From: Candidatus Limnocylindrales bacterium
GTDB taxonomy: Bacteria; Patescibacteriota; Microgenomatia; Levybacterales; UBA12049
Assembly (NCBI GenBank): GCA_035526025.1
Contig: DATLDE010000012.1
Coordinates: 20,222 to 84,221 of the forward strand
Direction of reading: 5' to 3'
DNA: 64,000 nt
Below the pieces are notes generated by a model, which was given only the letters and a program-made list of their open reading frames with translations, was not told the DNA's origin and did not search any database. The translations under genes and the position numbers were made by a program. The stretch's first letter is position 1, and each line of letters begins with the position of its first letter. Positions 35,738-44,349 of this stretch are shown here, piece after piece.

Positions 35738-36985
35738 TTATGAATTCTGAATTAGGTCTGCTACTTTTTCTCCCATCTCAATTGCGTAGTTGGTGCCGCG
35801 GTCCCATGGATAGACCATATCCATATTGGCGAGATAAACATTTTTAATTGGAGTTACAAATTCAGGTTTAATTCTTGAATAATTAATAGGAAAGACAGGT
35901 TGGGCGAAGTAGCCAAGGAACATTTCGTAGTCAATTATATTTTTTTTCAGATCATACTCAGGATTTATTCTTTGAAGATAGGGCGTGAACTTTTTGAGTA
36001 TTTCCTTTTTATCCATTTTCAAAAGCGGATGGTCAATCGGCAAATAATTTACAAGCCACATCAAATTTTGTCCACCGTAGTGCTTGGGATCTACAAAATT
36101 GGTATGCTGGACAACTCCGACAAAGGGAAATTCAGAATCACTGACATTTAGCCAGTAGCTTTTCTTAAGAAACTTTTCCTTTGTGACGAGAAGCATGTTA
36201 AAGGCATGAAGATGGGGGATTTGGTTGATTTTGTCTTTGTAGTGATCAGGCAAATCAGGGAACATTTTCACAAATACAGCAAGAGGCGTAGTGACAATTA
36301 CTTTGTCAAACTTAGATATTAATTCCGGATTAAATGATTTACCAAGATTTATTGTTGCACCGTTTTCCTTTATTTTCTCAGCCAATTTTTCAGATAGACT
36401 CTGGTATCCACCTCCCAGATAGCCCAAGGAAAAAGTCCTTTTGTAAATGCGTGCCCAGAACCAAGCCATGTTAACTGTTTCTGCAAAAGGGCCAAACTTA
36501 CCGTTTAGAAGTGGTTTCCATACTTTTTGCCACACCTCTTCTCCGTAGTATTTTCGGATCCAATCACGGGCCGTGGTTTTTTCAAATTTAACAGCTATTT
36601 GTGGGGGAATAGATTTTAGGACAAGGCTTACAAAGCCCAATCTGATTCTGGAGACAAACGAAAGCGGTTTGAGATTTAATATGTCAAAAGGTGAGTTTAG
36701 GGGATAGATTTTATTTTCCAAAAATACATCAGTCCTGGGTTTTTTGAAAAAAAGATCATCACCAAGGCCAACTTCTTTTATAAGATTTATTGCATAGCTA
36801 TCATTTGCAAACCAGTGGTGATAGTGTTTTTCCAAAGACCATTCCCAATTTTTATTTTTAAATCCTACCGCAAGCCCGCCAACTCTATTTTCTTTTTCAA
36901 AAACAGTGACGTCATGTCCTTTTTCTGTGAGCCTTAAAGCTGCCGTAAGGCCTGTAAAACCCGCTCCTATTATTGCAATTTTCAT
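35738..36985 (-). CDS. FAD-dependent oxidoreductase (amine-oxidase / UDP-galactopyranose-mutase-like superfamily)
   Basis: MKIAIIGAGFTGLTAALRL...VTVFEKENRVGGLA dinucleotide-binding motif; 415 aa. The UGM-like possibility rests on its position in the glycosylation cluster and is inference. Confidence 0.7.
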   Translation of the reverse strand: MKIAIIGAGFTGLTAALRLTEKGHDVTVFEKENRVGGLAVGFKNKNWEWSLEKHYHHWFANDSYAINLIKEVGLGDDLFFKKPRTDVFLENKIYPLNSPFDILNLKPLSFVSRIRLGFVSLVLKSIPPQIAVKFEKTTARDWIRKYYGEEVWQKVWKPLLNGKFGPFAETVNMAWFWARIYKRTFSLGYLGGGYQSLSEKLAEKIKENGATINLGKSFNPELISKFDKVIVTTPLAVFVKMFPDLPDHYKDKINQIPHLHAFNMLLVTKEKFLKKSYWLNVSDSEFPFVGVVQHTNFVDPKHYGGQNLMWLVNYLPIDHPLLKMDKKEILKKFTPYLQRINPEYDLKKNIIDYEMFLGYFAQPVFPINYSRIKPEFVTPIKNVYLANMDMVYPWDRGTNYAIEMGEKVADLIQNS

Positions 36986-37015
36986 ATTTTAGATTATTAA
37001 CTTGAAGATATTTTA

Positions 37016-38434
37016 TCAGATAAGTAAGAAGATTAATCCCCCAATTCCGATGGTTAATATAGTTCCAATTATCCCCAAGATCAATGCTGAACTCCCGCTT
37101 GCAGGAATTGGTGGAATTGTTATGACAGTAGATGGTGAAAGGACCGGAGCGGAAATTATAAGTGTAGGCGCTATAACAATAGCAGTAGGTTGTGTTGAGG
37201 GCGCAAGAGTTGGTATGACAGTTGCCGTTGGAGCTTGAGTGGCTATGGGAGCTGTGACAGAAGGCGCAGGCCTTGTCGTGGGAGTTGGGGTAGTAGCTGA
37301 GGCTGGGGAAATTGATGGTTCTGTAAACTGACTGCCTTCTGCGAATACTGTAAACGAGCGAGTTAATGTCTGAAGGATGCCCTGCGCGTTTAGTGTTTTT
37401 ATTGTGATTTTATGAACTCCAGGTTCTAGCTTTGTATTCGGGCGGAATTGCCAGTTGCCATTCTGGTCTGATTGTACGGTTGCTGTGATCGGATCTGATT
37501 GGATGGTGATCTCAACATCGCTTTGAGGCAAAGCTTTGCCTTCAAATAGAGGCTGTTGATCTTCAAATTTTTCATTACTTGTTGGGGTAAGAATTTGAGG
37601 GCCAGACTGAGTGGTTTCTCCTTCCGGAAGTGCCGGGAATTCAGGAATTTTTGCTGATTCACTTGCTGATGAGGAGCCCACCTGTTCAATTGTAAAGTCG
37701 TAGTCTTTGGAAAGAATTATTGGTGGAATTGAGTCTGCCAAATTTGCAAAAAACGAAATTTTAGATTGCAACACTGAGTCATTTATCGTCATTGTTAGAA
37801 TGGATTTGTCATCAAGCTCAAGTGATCCTGATAAATCATTTTTTAATAATTTTTGGATGGTAAATTCATACTTGCCATCTGGTTTAACAAGCGATGATAT
37901 AAGTTGTGAGTCACTTGTTTTCAGATATGCTATAGCTTCATTTGGAGCCTTTGTTCCATCAATTGTTATAGCGCCTTTTACGGTAATGGACTTTGGAAGA
38001 GAAGTTCCCGCATTTGACGCAGTTGTTAATTCATAAGGAACACTATCTTTTTGAAAAATGCCATCACCTGAAATAACTGAAAAGAAGTACTTTGTTCCCG
38101 GATCAAGGCCGGTTAGATTGATGTAATGAGCCACATGTTGGGCAGGGGATTGAGCGTCGCGGGTATCAAATCCGACTTGACCAAGGCTTATATCTTTTCC
38201 ATATGACACGCTTCCAATAACGCTAGCATCTGTCGTAAAAGAAATAGTAGCCGAATTGTCAGTTATATTACTTATTTCTACATTTTTAGGAGTGTTGCCA
38301 AGCGCTGCCTTGCCCTCAAAGAGCACTACATTACCACTAAGCCAAAAGATAGAACCAATAGAAAGCAGTAGCACAAAAAACCCCAAAAATCTAGGTATTG
38401 GCTTGTTCCAGATCTTGTTATCGTTAAATGTCAT
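37016..38434 (-). CDS. Cell-surface protein: N-terminal anchor/signal, FN3-like + Ig-like (Big) domains, Pro/Thr-rich stalk, C-terminal TM anchor
   Basis: ATISFTTDASVIGSVSYG...YFFSV FN3-like; later DVEITIQSDP...HKITIKT Ig-like; C-terminal TPTPTTRPAPS linker and hydrophobic end ALILGIIGTILTIGIGGLIFLLI. Confidence 0.5.
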   Translation of the reverse strand: MTFNDNKIWNKPIPRFLGFFVLLLSIGSIFWLSGNVVLFEGKAALGNTPKNVEISNITDNSATISFTTDASVIGSVSYGKDISLGQVGFDTRDAQSPAQHVAHYINLTGLDPGTKYFFSVISGDGIFQKDSVPYELTTASNAGTSLPKSITVKGAITIDGTKAPNEAIAYLKTSDSQLISSLVKPDGKYEFTIQKLLKNDLSGSLELDDKSILTMTINDSVLQSKISFFANLADSIPPIILSKDYDFTIEQVGSSSASESAKIPEFPALPEGETTQSGPQILTPTSNEKFEDQQPLFEGKALPQSDVEITIQSDPITATVQSDQNGNWQFRPNTKLEPGVHKITIKTLNAQGILQTLTRSFTVFAEGSQFTEPSISPASATTPTPTTRPAPSVTAPIATQAPTATVIPTLAPSTQPTAIVIAPTLIISAPVLSPSTVITIPPIPASGSSALILGIIGTILTIGIGGLIFLLI

Positions 38435-38769
38435 TGTCCTTGTATTTGAAAAGAATCTTTTGGCGAAGGCAGTTGGGCAGGTGTGTCGGCCGAAGGGGAC
38501 GTTTGTATGGGTTGATTAGGATTAGTGCTCGCTGAGCCGCTTGCGGAATCAAGTTGGTATACTGGAATTACTTTTTTCCGAGTTTTAATCTTATCAAGTG
38601 ACTGGGTATTAAAAGCGGGATCAATTGGCGTGATTTGTAATTGTAAATCAGGTTCAATCGTTGAGTCCGCTCTGCCATGATAAATGTTAAAGCCTATCCA
38701 TAATGCAACAACTACAAATATCGATATTGAAATCCAAAGTAGGTCTTTTTGAGCTCTATTTTTTTTCAT
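38431..38769 (-). CDS. Small bitopic membrane protein downstream of pilO (possible PilP-like component)
   Basis: 112 aa, N-terminal TM, P/S/Q-rich C-terminal region; operonic with pilN-pilO. Confidence 0.35.
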   Translation of the reverse strand: MKKNRAQKDLLWISISIFVVVALWIGFNIYHGRADSTIEPDLQLQITPIDPAFNTQSLDKIKTRKKVIPVYQLDSASGSASTNPNQPIQTSPSADTPAQLPSPKDSFQIQGQ

Positions 38770-38785
38770 TTTTTTTTAGGTCAGA

Positions 38786-39400
38786 TTAATACTTGAAATA
38801 AGCTTTTCCCCTGAGATTTAAAATTAGCTGATTTGAGTCCGATGACTTACTAAGAGTAATTGATTCTACTGTCAGGACCCTACTGATATTGGTTAAATCT
38901 TTTGAAAAATCTATTAACTCTTGGTAGCTTCCCTCAGCCTCAAGTGAAAATCCAAAAGATAAAATTGCCTTACTCTTATTTGGAGTCAAAGGAGCCTCTG
39001 ACAAATCCAGTGATTTAATGGATATTTTTTTTTCTTTTGCCAAACCCAGTATTTCCCCTGCAAGAATTGGAGCCTTAGGGTTATTTGGTATCGCTTCCTG
39101 AAGCAGGGGCAAATCTGATTCAATTATTTTATATTGTTGCTGGAGGGAGTCCAGATTTTGAATTTTTGTTTTTAGATTTGCATAAACAAGATGACTATCA
39201 GCCAGTTGCTTTTTTAGCTTTACAATAGTTGAAATCGTTGGATTTATGGCAAAAATTCCAAAGAAGGACATTGCGAAAAAAGTAAGAATTAAGGTAGTTA
39301 TTATACGGGTATTTTCCTGTTTCATGCTTGGTAAGAGCTTTAGGTACTCGCGGTACCTGGCAATAGATGTGGTATTTAAGAAGTTTTTTGGGATTTTCAT
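38786..39400 (-). CDS. pilO: PilO-like type IV pilus assembly protein
   Basis: 204 aa; N-terminal TM, then coiled coil and ferredoxin-like C-domain, overlapping the pilN stop by 4 nt. Confidence 0.45.
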   Translation of the reverse strand: MKIPKNFLNTTSIARYREYLKLLPSMKQENTRIITTLILTFFAMSFFGIFAINPTISTIVKLKKQLADSHLVYANLKTKIQNLDSLQQQYKIIESDLPLLQEAIPNNPKAPILAGEILGLAKEKKISIKSLDLSEAPLTPNKSKAILSFGFSLEAEGSYQELIDFSKDLTNISRVLTVESITLSKSSDSNQLILNLRGKAYFKY

Positions 39401-39945
39401 AGTTTGGTGCCAAGTTGTTCAATTCGAGCTGTAATATCTGCATTTATTAAAGAGCTACTTGTTTTGGTCTCAATACTGCCTATGCTTACAGAGACAATTC
39501 CTGGGTAGTTTTTGAGGGTATTAACAAAAAGAGTCAGGGCATTTCCGTTAGGCGCTTGTGCCTCAATTTTTACAGTGCCACTTGAAATAACTAATTTTTT
39601 GAATGTGATTTTTGCTCGTCCCATCTCGATAATGTCAGATAAGATGAGGGAAGCATTATTGTTTTTATTTCCATATGTTTCGGTTAGAGCGAGTCTTGTT
39701 TGGATGTCGCGGAAAGCTTGTTCTTTCTGATACTGCTGAACAATAGTGCTATTATATTTAATATTGTCATGGAGATCTATGATTTTCATGTCAATAGAGA
39801 ACCTGTAAATGAATGTCCCTAGAGCAAGCGTTTCTGTGAGTATGATAAGGAGCCTTCCAATAGTTAAGGCCCACCCCAAAAATTGATCTACAAAGCCACC
39901 GTTTTTATTGGGAAGCAGGTTTATGGATTTTATTTTTTCTGCCAT
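39397..39945 (-). CDS. pilN: PilN-like type IV pilus assembly protein
   Basis: Canonical N-terminal INLLP motif (MAEKIKSINLLPNK), then TM and coiled coil; 182 aa. Confidence 0.55.
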   Translation of the reverse strand: MAEKIKSINLLPNKNGGFVDQFLGWALTIGRLLIILTETLALGTFIYRFSIDMKIIDLHDNIKYNSTIVQQYQKEQAFRDIQTRLALTETYGNKNNNASLILSDIIEMGRAKITFKKLVISSGTVKIEAQAPNGNALTLFVNTLKNYPGIVSVSIGSIETKTSSSLINADITARIEQLGTKL

Positions 39946-40118
39946 AGCGACAAATCGCTAACTTTTAGCGACTACTTTTAGCATATGTAAAGCGAATTAA
40001 AAAGTCAAAGAAAAAATGGAGGAGTCTGGAAATTAGAGTTTGCTTATGCTATACTCGTGTTAATCCCAAAACTTTTCGTAAAAAACGAGAAGACGAGGGA
40101 TGATTTTTTTATAAATTT

Positions 40119-42245
40119 ATGGCTGATCAATCAAGAAACGTACCGCTAGATAAAATCCGTAACATCGGCATTATTGCCCACATTGACGCTGGAAAAACTA
40201 CCACAACTGAGCGAATTCTGTTTTATACGGGAAAAACCTATAAAATCGGGGATATTGATGAGGGTAATACTCAGATGGACTGGATGGAGCAGGAAAAAGA
40301 GCGAGGAATCACTATCGTTTCAGCCGCAACCACTGCTTTCTGGACACATGCTCAGAATCCAACAGATCCTTACCGCATTAACATAATTGATACACCAGGA
40401 CACGTTGATTTTACAGCAGAGGTTGAGCGCTCTCTACGTGTTCTTGATGGAGGGATTACAGTTCTTGACGCCGAAGAGGGTGTTCAGTCACAGTCAGAGA
40501 CGGTATGGCGCCAAGCTGATAAATACAAGGTTCCACGTCTTTGCTTTGTTAACAAAATGGACAAATTGGGTGCTGATTTTCTTTACACAGTTGGTACTAT
40601 TGAAGACCGACTCGGTGCAAATTGTGCCATAATGGTTCTTCCAATTGGTGCTGAGAACACATATGTCGGAAACGTAGATCTTCTTTCGCGCAAATCTTAC
40701 ACTTGGAACTCTGAAGAGTTGGGAGCAAAATATGATGTAAAAGACGAGGTCCCAGAGGACATGAAGGACAAGGTTGAGGAGTACAGGTCTAAATTAATTG
40801 AAAAGATTTCAGAAACAGACGATGCGTTACTTGAAAAATATCTTGGAGGAGAAGAGCCAACAGTTGACGAGCTTAAGGCAGCACTCCGCGCCGCTGTTAT
40901 TGCATATAAGTTAGTTCCGATTTATGCAGGTACGTCACTAAGAAATAAAGGCGTACAGCCACTTCTTGATGCAGTTATAGATTATCTCCCCTCACCTGTT
41001 GATCTTAAAGAGGTAAAAGGTCTTCATCCCAAGACTGGTGAGGCAGTGCTTCGTCAATTAGTTCCTGATGAAGCATTTTCAGGACTGGCTTTTAAAATTC
41101 AGAATGATCCACACGTTGGTAAGCTTTCGTATTTTAGAGTGTATTCAGGAACTTTGGTTTCTGGTTCATATATCTACAACAGCACAAAAGGTGTTAGAGA
41201 GCGCGTTGGTCGGATACTTCTTATGCATGCCAACAACCGCGAAGAGGTTAAGGAAGCCTATGCTGGAGAAATTGTCGCAATTGTAGGCCTTAAAGACACT
41301 ATAACAGGAGACACTCTTTGTGATGAGGCCAAGCCAATTGTTCTAGAGCAGATTACGTTCCCTGAGCCTGTTATCTCACTTGCAATTGAACCAAAAACAA
41401 AATCAGACCAGGAGAAGCTTGGGTTCTCTATAAAAAGACTAACTGAGGAAGACCCGACTTTCTCTGTTAAATCCAACCCGGAAACAGGCCAGACTATCAT
41501 CTCAGGAATCGGAGAGCTTCAGCTTGAGATTATGGTTGACAGGATGAAGCGGGAATTTGGTGTAGAGGCCAACGTCGGTGCTCCTATGGTTGCTTATAAA
41601 GAAACAATTGAGGCTGAGACTGAGGCTGAGGGAAAATACATCAAGCAGTCAGGGGGTCGCGGACAATACGGCCATTGTTACTTGCGTGTGACACCTGTTC
41701 CACGAGGAGAGGGATACTCATTTGTTAATGCCATAAAAGGTGGAGCGATCCCAGCTGAATTTGTCAAAGCTGTTGAAAAGGGAGCCAAAGAAACTCTTGA
41801 AAACGGTGTGCTTCTTGGATATCCACTGATTGATGTCAAAGTTACCTGTTATGACGGATCTTATCACGATGTTGATTCAAGTGAGATTGCATTTAAAATC
41901 GCGGCAAGTCAGGCAATCCAGGCTGCTACCAAAAAAGCTGGTATCACCCTTCTTGAGCCTATTATGAAAGTTGAAGTTACAACTCCATCTGATTATATGG
42001 GAGAAGTAATTGGGGACTTGTCATCAAAAAGAGCACAGATACTAGGATCTGAGGAGAAAAATAAAGCAACGATTATCATGGCTATGGTTCCTCTTGCTGA
42101 ATTTTCAGGATATGCCACACAGCTTCGATCACTCACTCAGGGAAGAGCTCACTACTACATGGAACCTTCTCACTACGAAGCAGTGCCCAAGAACATTGTC
42201 GAAGGCCTCCTCGCCAAGTCCACATTTACAGGAAGAGTAGAGTAA
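40119..42245 (+). CDS. fusA: Translation elongation factor G
   Basis: G1 motif [24 protein letters not shown], and full five-domain length of 708 aa. Confidence 0.97.
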   Translation: MADQSRNVPLDKIRNIGIIAHIDAGKTTTTERILFYTGKTYKIGDIDEGNTQMDWMEQEKERGITIVSAATTAFWTHAQNPTDPYRINIIDTPGHVDFTAEVERSLRVLDGGITVLDAEEGVQSQSETVWRQADKYKVPRLCFVNKMDKLGADFLYTVGTIEDRLGANCAIMVLPIGAENTYVGNVDLLSRKSYTWNSEELGAKYDVKDEVPEDMKDKVEEYRSKLIEKISETDDALLEKYLGGEEPTVDELKAALRAAVIAYKLVPIYAGTSLRNKGVQPLLDAVIDYLPSPVDLKEVKGLHPKTGEAVLRQLVPDEAFSGLAFKIQNDPHVGKLSYFRVYSGTLVSGSYIYNSTKGVRERVGRILLMHANNREEVKEAYAGEIVAIVGLKDTITGDTLCDEAKPIVLEQITFPEPVISLAIEPKTKSDQEKLGFSIKRLTEEDPTFSVKSNPETGQTIISGIGELQLEIMVDRMKREFGVEANVGAPMVAYKETIEAETEAEGKYIKQSGGRGQYGHCYLRVTPVPRGEGYSFVNAIKGGAIPAEFVKAVEKGAKETLENGVLLGYPLIDVKVTCYDGSYHDVDSSEIAFKIAASQAIQAATKKAGITLLEPIMKVEVTTPSDYMGEVIGDLSSKRAQILGSEEKNKATIIMAMVPLAEFSGYATQLRSLTQGRAHYYMEPSHYEAVPKNIVEGLLAKSTFTGRVE

Positions 42246-42265
42246 AAACTCCATACATCCCATAG

Positions 42266-42294
42266 TTGACAGCAAGTATTTTATATTATATAAT
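42266..42294 (+). promoter_or_regulatory. Textbook sigma70 promoter TTGACA-17nt-TATAAT placed so that transcription would start at or next to the ATG at 42301 (leaderless)
   Basis: TTGACA at 42266-42271, TATAAT at 42289-42294, ATG at 42301, no SD. Confidence 0.45.
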
Positions 42295-42300
42295 ACAGCT

Positions 42301-42591
42301 ATGATTAGAGAGCGTGAACCCTTTGTGGGTCCTATGATGGGCCAATTTAGATTGGAAAGAGTGGATGCTATGGAGCAGGCTGCAGGTGAATTTGATATGC
42401 CCTTTGAGCGCATAGCAGTTGAAGGCGAGACCTTGTTGACTGACACTGGAAAAAGAATTGATATTATGCAAGGTCATATGTTTGTGAGCGTTGGTACCGG
42501 CCTAGAAGGTTGGCTTACTCGATTTTGGAAACGGGTTGATGAGATATCACCTAAAGCCCCTCCAATAAAAGTATCCCAAGGGAAAATCTAA
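42301..42591 (+). CDS. Hypothetical small protein, GC-elevated (~45%), Arg/Glu-rich; first gene of the fusA-tuf insertion
   Basis: 96-aa ORF with a perfect upstream promoter and composition unlike the host background; no recognised motif. Confidence 0.35.
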   Translation: MIREREPFVGPMMGQFRLERVDAMEQAAGEFDMPFERIAVEGETLLTDTGKRIDIMQGHMFVSVGTGLEGWLTRFWKRVDEISPKAPPIKVSQGKI

Positions 42592-42625
42592 AAGACCGAA
42601 AAACCACACTAAAGTTTAATTAATA

Positions 42626-42697
42626 ATAGAAAGTAAAAGTTATATCAGTTATAATATCCTCATGTCTACTGTTCTCGGGGTTTTTGCACATCCAGAT
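42626..42697 (+). repeat. Direct repeat copy A: duplicated promoter + first 12 codons of the PIG-L deacetylase gene (MSTVLGVFAHPD then stop)
   Basis: ~80% identity (first 14 nt, TATAAT box, and codons 1-12 nearly identical) to 43245-43316. Confidence 0.8.
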
Positions 42698-42733
42698 ATT
42701 TCATAACTTCTCCAAAAGTGCTATAATTTAGTC

Positions 42734-43009
42734 ATGTCACTCAAGTTCCCAATCACTATCAAAATCATCTACGAAAAAGAGTCAAAGGATGCACCATTTG
42801 TCGCATATATTCCTGAATTTGATGTTTCATCATGTGGTAAAACAGAAGAGGAAGCAAAAAGCAATGTAAAAGAAGTGCTGGAAATTACCCTTGAAACAGT
42901 CAAAAAGCAGAATAAGCTTGAAGAATTTTTGAAAGAAGCAGGAGTTTCTGTCAAAAAGCCAAGTCTATTCCCCAAAATCAGTTTTGAGCCATTTGTGTTC
43001 TCTGCCTAA
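42734..43009 (+). CDS. hicB: Type II toxin-antitoxin system HicB-family antitoxin (UPF0150-type, short)
   Basis: 91 aa; ITIKIIYEKESKDAPFVAYIPEFDVSSCGKTEEEAKSNVKEVLEITLE is typical of the HicB RNase-H-like fold; immediately followed by hicA. Confidence 0.65.
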   Translation: MSLKFPITIKIIYEKESKDAPFVAYIPEFDVSSCGKTEEEAKSNVKEVLEITLETVKKQNKLEEFLKEAGVSVKKPSLFPKISFEPFVFSA

Positions 43010-43240
43010 ATGCCTGCAATAAAGCCAATTCATCATAAAAAATTAGTAGAGTTTTTTGAAAAGTCAGGTTGGAAGTATGAGCGGACTAAAGGTGATCATA
43101 TAATTTTCACCAAAAAGGGATATCTCAGGCCAGTGGTAATTCCAATGTATAAAACAATTCCGGTTTTTATAATCAAAAACAATCTGAGAACCGCAAAGAT
43201 AAGTAATGAGGAATACTTCAAGGGATTAAAATTAAATTAG
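43010..43240 (+). CDS. hicA: Type II toxin-antitoxin system HicA-family mRNA interferase toxin
   Basis: 76 aa; KKLVEFFEKSGWKYERTKGDHIIFTKKG...PVVIPMYKTIP matches the HicA/YcfA family (GSHH-type region as GDHI). Confidence 0.7.
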   Translation: MPAIKPIHHKKLVEFFEKSGWKYERTKGDHIIFTKKGYLRPVVIPMYKTIPVFIIKNNLRTAKISNEEYFKGLKLN

Positions 43241-43244
43241 ACCA

Positions 43245-43316
43245 ATAGAAAGTAAAAGGGAGTTCCGCTATAATATTCTCATGTCTACAGTTCTCGGAGT
43301 ATTTGCGCATCCGGAT
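43245..43316 (+). repeat. Direct repeat copy B: native promoter/5' end of PIG-L deacetylase gene
   Basis: Pairs with 42626-42697. Confidence 0.8.
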
Positions 43317-43934
43317 GATGAAGCTTTTTTTACAGGCGGTACGCTTGCCACACTTGCCAAAGAGCACGATGTCTATACGATTTGTATCACAGATGGTGCT
43401 GCTGGGGAGAATAGTAGCAATAAAGAAGGCGAACTCTCAGAAATTAGGCGCGATGAGCTTCTGGATGCTGGAAAAATTCTCGGTGTAAAACAGACTTTTT
43501 TCCTAGACTATAAAGATGGAACTCTCTCAAACAATCTCTATCATGATATCGCAGAGAAGATACAAAAAATTACAGATGAACTGAAGCCTGAATTGCTCCT
43601 TACATTTGAGCTCCGGGGTATATCAGGACATATTGATCATATGGCGACATCTGTGATCACCTCCTATGTTTTTGAGAAGGCAGAATACATAAAAGAGCTT
43701 TGGTATTTCTGTAATACAGAGCAAATTAAAGAAACAGTTGGAGATTATTATATTTTTTGGCCACCAGGATACAAAGATTCTGATATCTCAAAGACTATTG
43801 ATATCTCTCCTGTTTGGGACACAAAAGTCTCAGCGATGATAGCTCACAACTCTCAAATGCATGATGTGATGCGTATTCTCAAGCGTGCTGAAACCCTGCC
43901 AAAAGAAGAAAATTTCATAATAATTAAAAAATAA
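43281..43934 (+). CDS. PIG-L/LmbE family N-acetylglucosaminyl deacetylase
   Basis: VFAHPDDEAFFTGGTLA ... HIDH motifs; TATAAT 10 nt upstream of the ATG (leaderless-like). Confidence 0.8.
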   Translation: MSTVLGVFAHPDDEAFFTGGTLATLAKEHDVYTICITDGAAGENSSNKEGELSEIRRDELLDAGKILGVKQTFFLDYKDGTLSNNLYHDIAEKIQKITDELKPELLLTFELRGISGHIDHMATSVITSYVFEKAEYIKELWYFCNTEQIKETVGDYYIFWPPGYKDSDISKTIDISPVWDTKVSAMIAHNSQMHDVMRILKRAETLPKEENFIIIKK

Positions 43935-43938
43935 CAGT

Positions 43939-44331
43939 ATGGCTTTTTCAAAATATAGAATTCTCATATATTCAGAAAATCCGGACAAGCTGATGGAATT
44001 TTATCGTGATGTCTTGGGCTTTGAACTGCTTGAACATTTAGATATTCCAGGAGACTATGGCTATATGCTTAGGGTTATTGATGATCTCTGGGTTTGGATT
44101 GGCAAGCACTCTGAAATTAAAGGAAAAGCCAAGGAAAATTTCAGGCATTTATTTAATCTTTATCCAGAAGAAGGAGTTGGATACTGGTTTAATAAAATCA
44201 AGAATAGTCCTCAAGTGAAAATTATTGCTGAGCCATTTTTGGCTCCTTTCTCAACTCCTGACAATCAGGTTTGGTTCTGTACTTTTCTTGATCCAGAAGG
44301 AAATTGCTGGCAATTTGTGGGTAAGAAGTAG
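43939..44331 (+). CDS. VOC/glyoxalase-bleomycin resistance family protein
   Basis: 130 aa; N-terminal ...LMEFYRDVLGFEL pattern typical of the VOC fold. Confidence 0.5.
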   Translation: MAFSKYRILIYSENPDKLMEFYRDVLGFELLEHLDIPGDYGYMLRVIDDLWVWIGKHSEIKGKAKENFRHLFNLYPEEGVGYWFNKIKNSPQVKIIAEPFLAPFSTPDNQVWFCTFLDPEGNCWQFVGKK

Positions 44332-44349
44332 AAAAGGTATAATAGGGAA

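Noticed and set aside
39953-39969. Palindrome tcgctaa-ctt-ttagcga between pilN and fusA, considered as an operator site
   Set aside because: It is a single short 7-bp inverted repeat in a divergent promoter region and cannot be told apart from chance or a small hairpin. Noted only.
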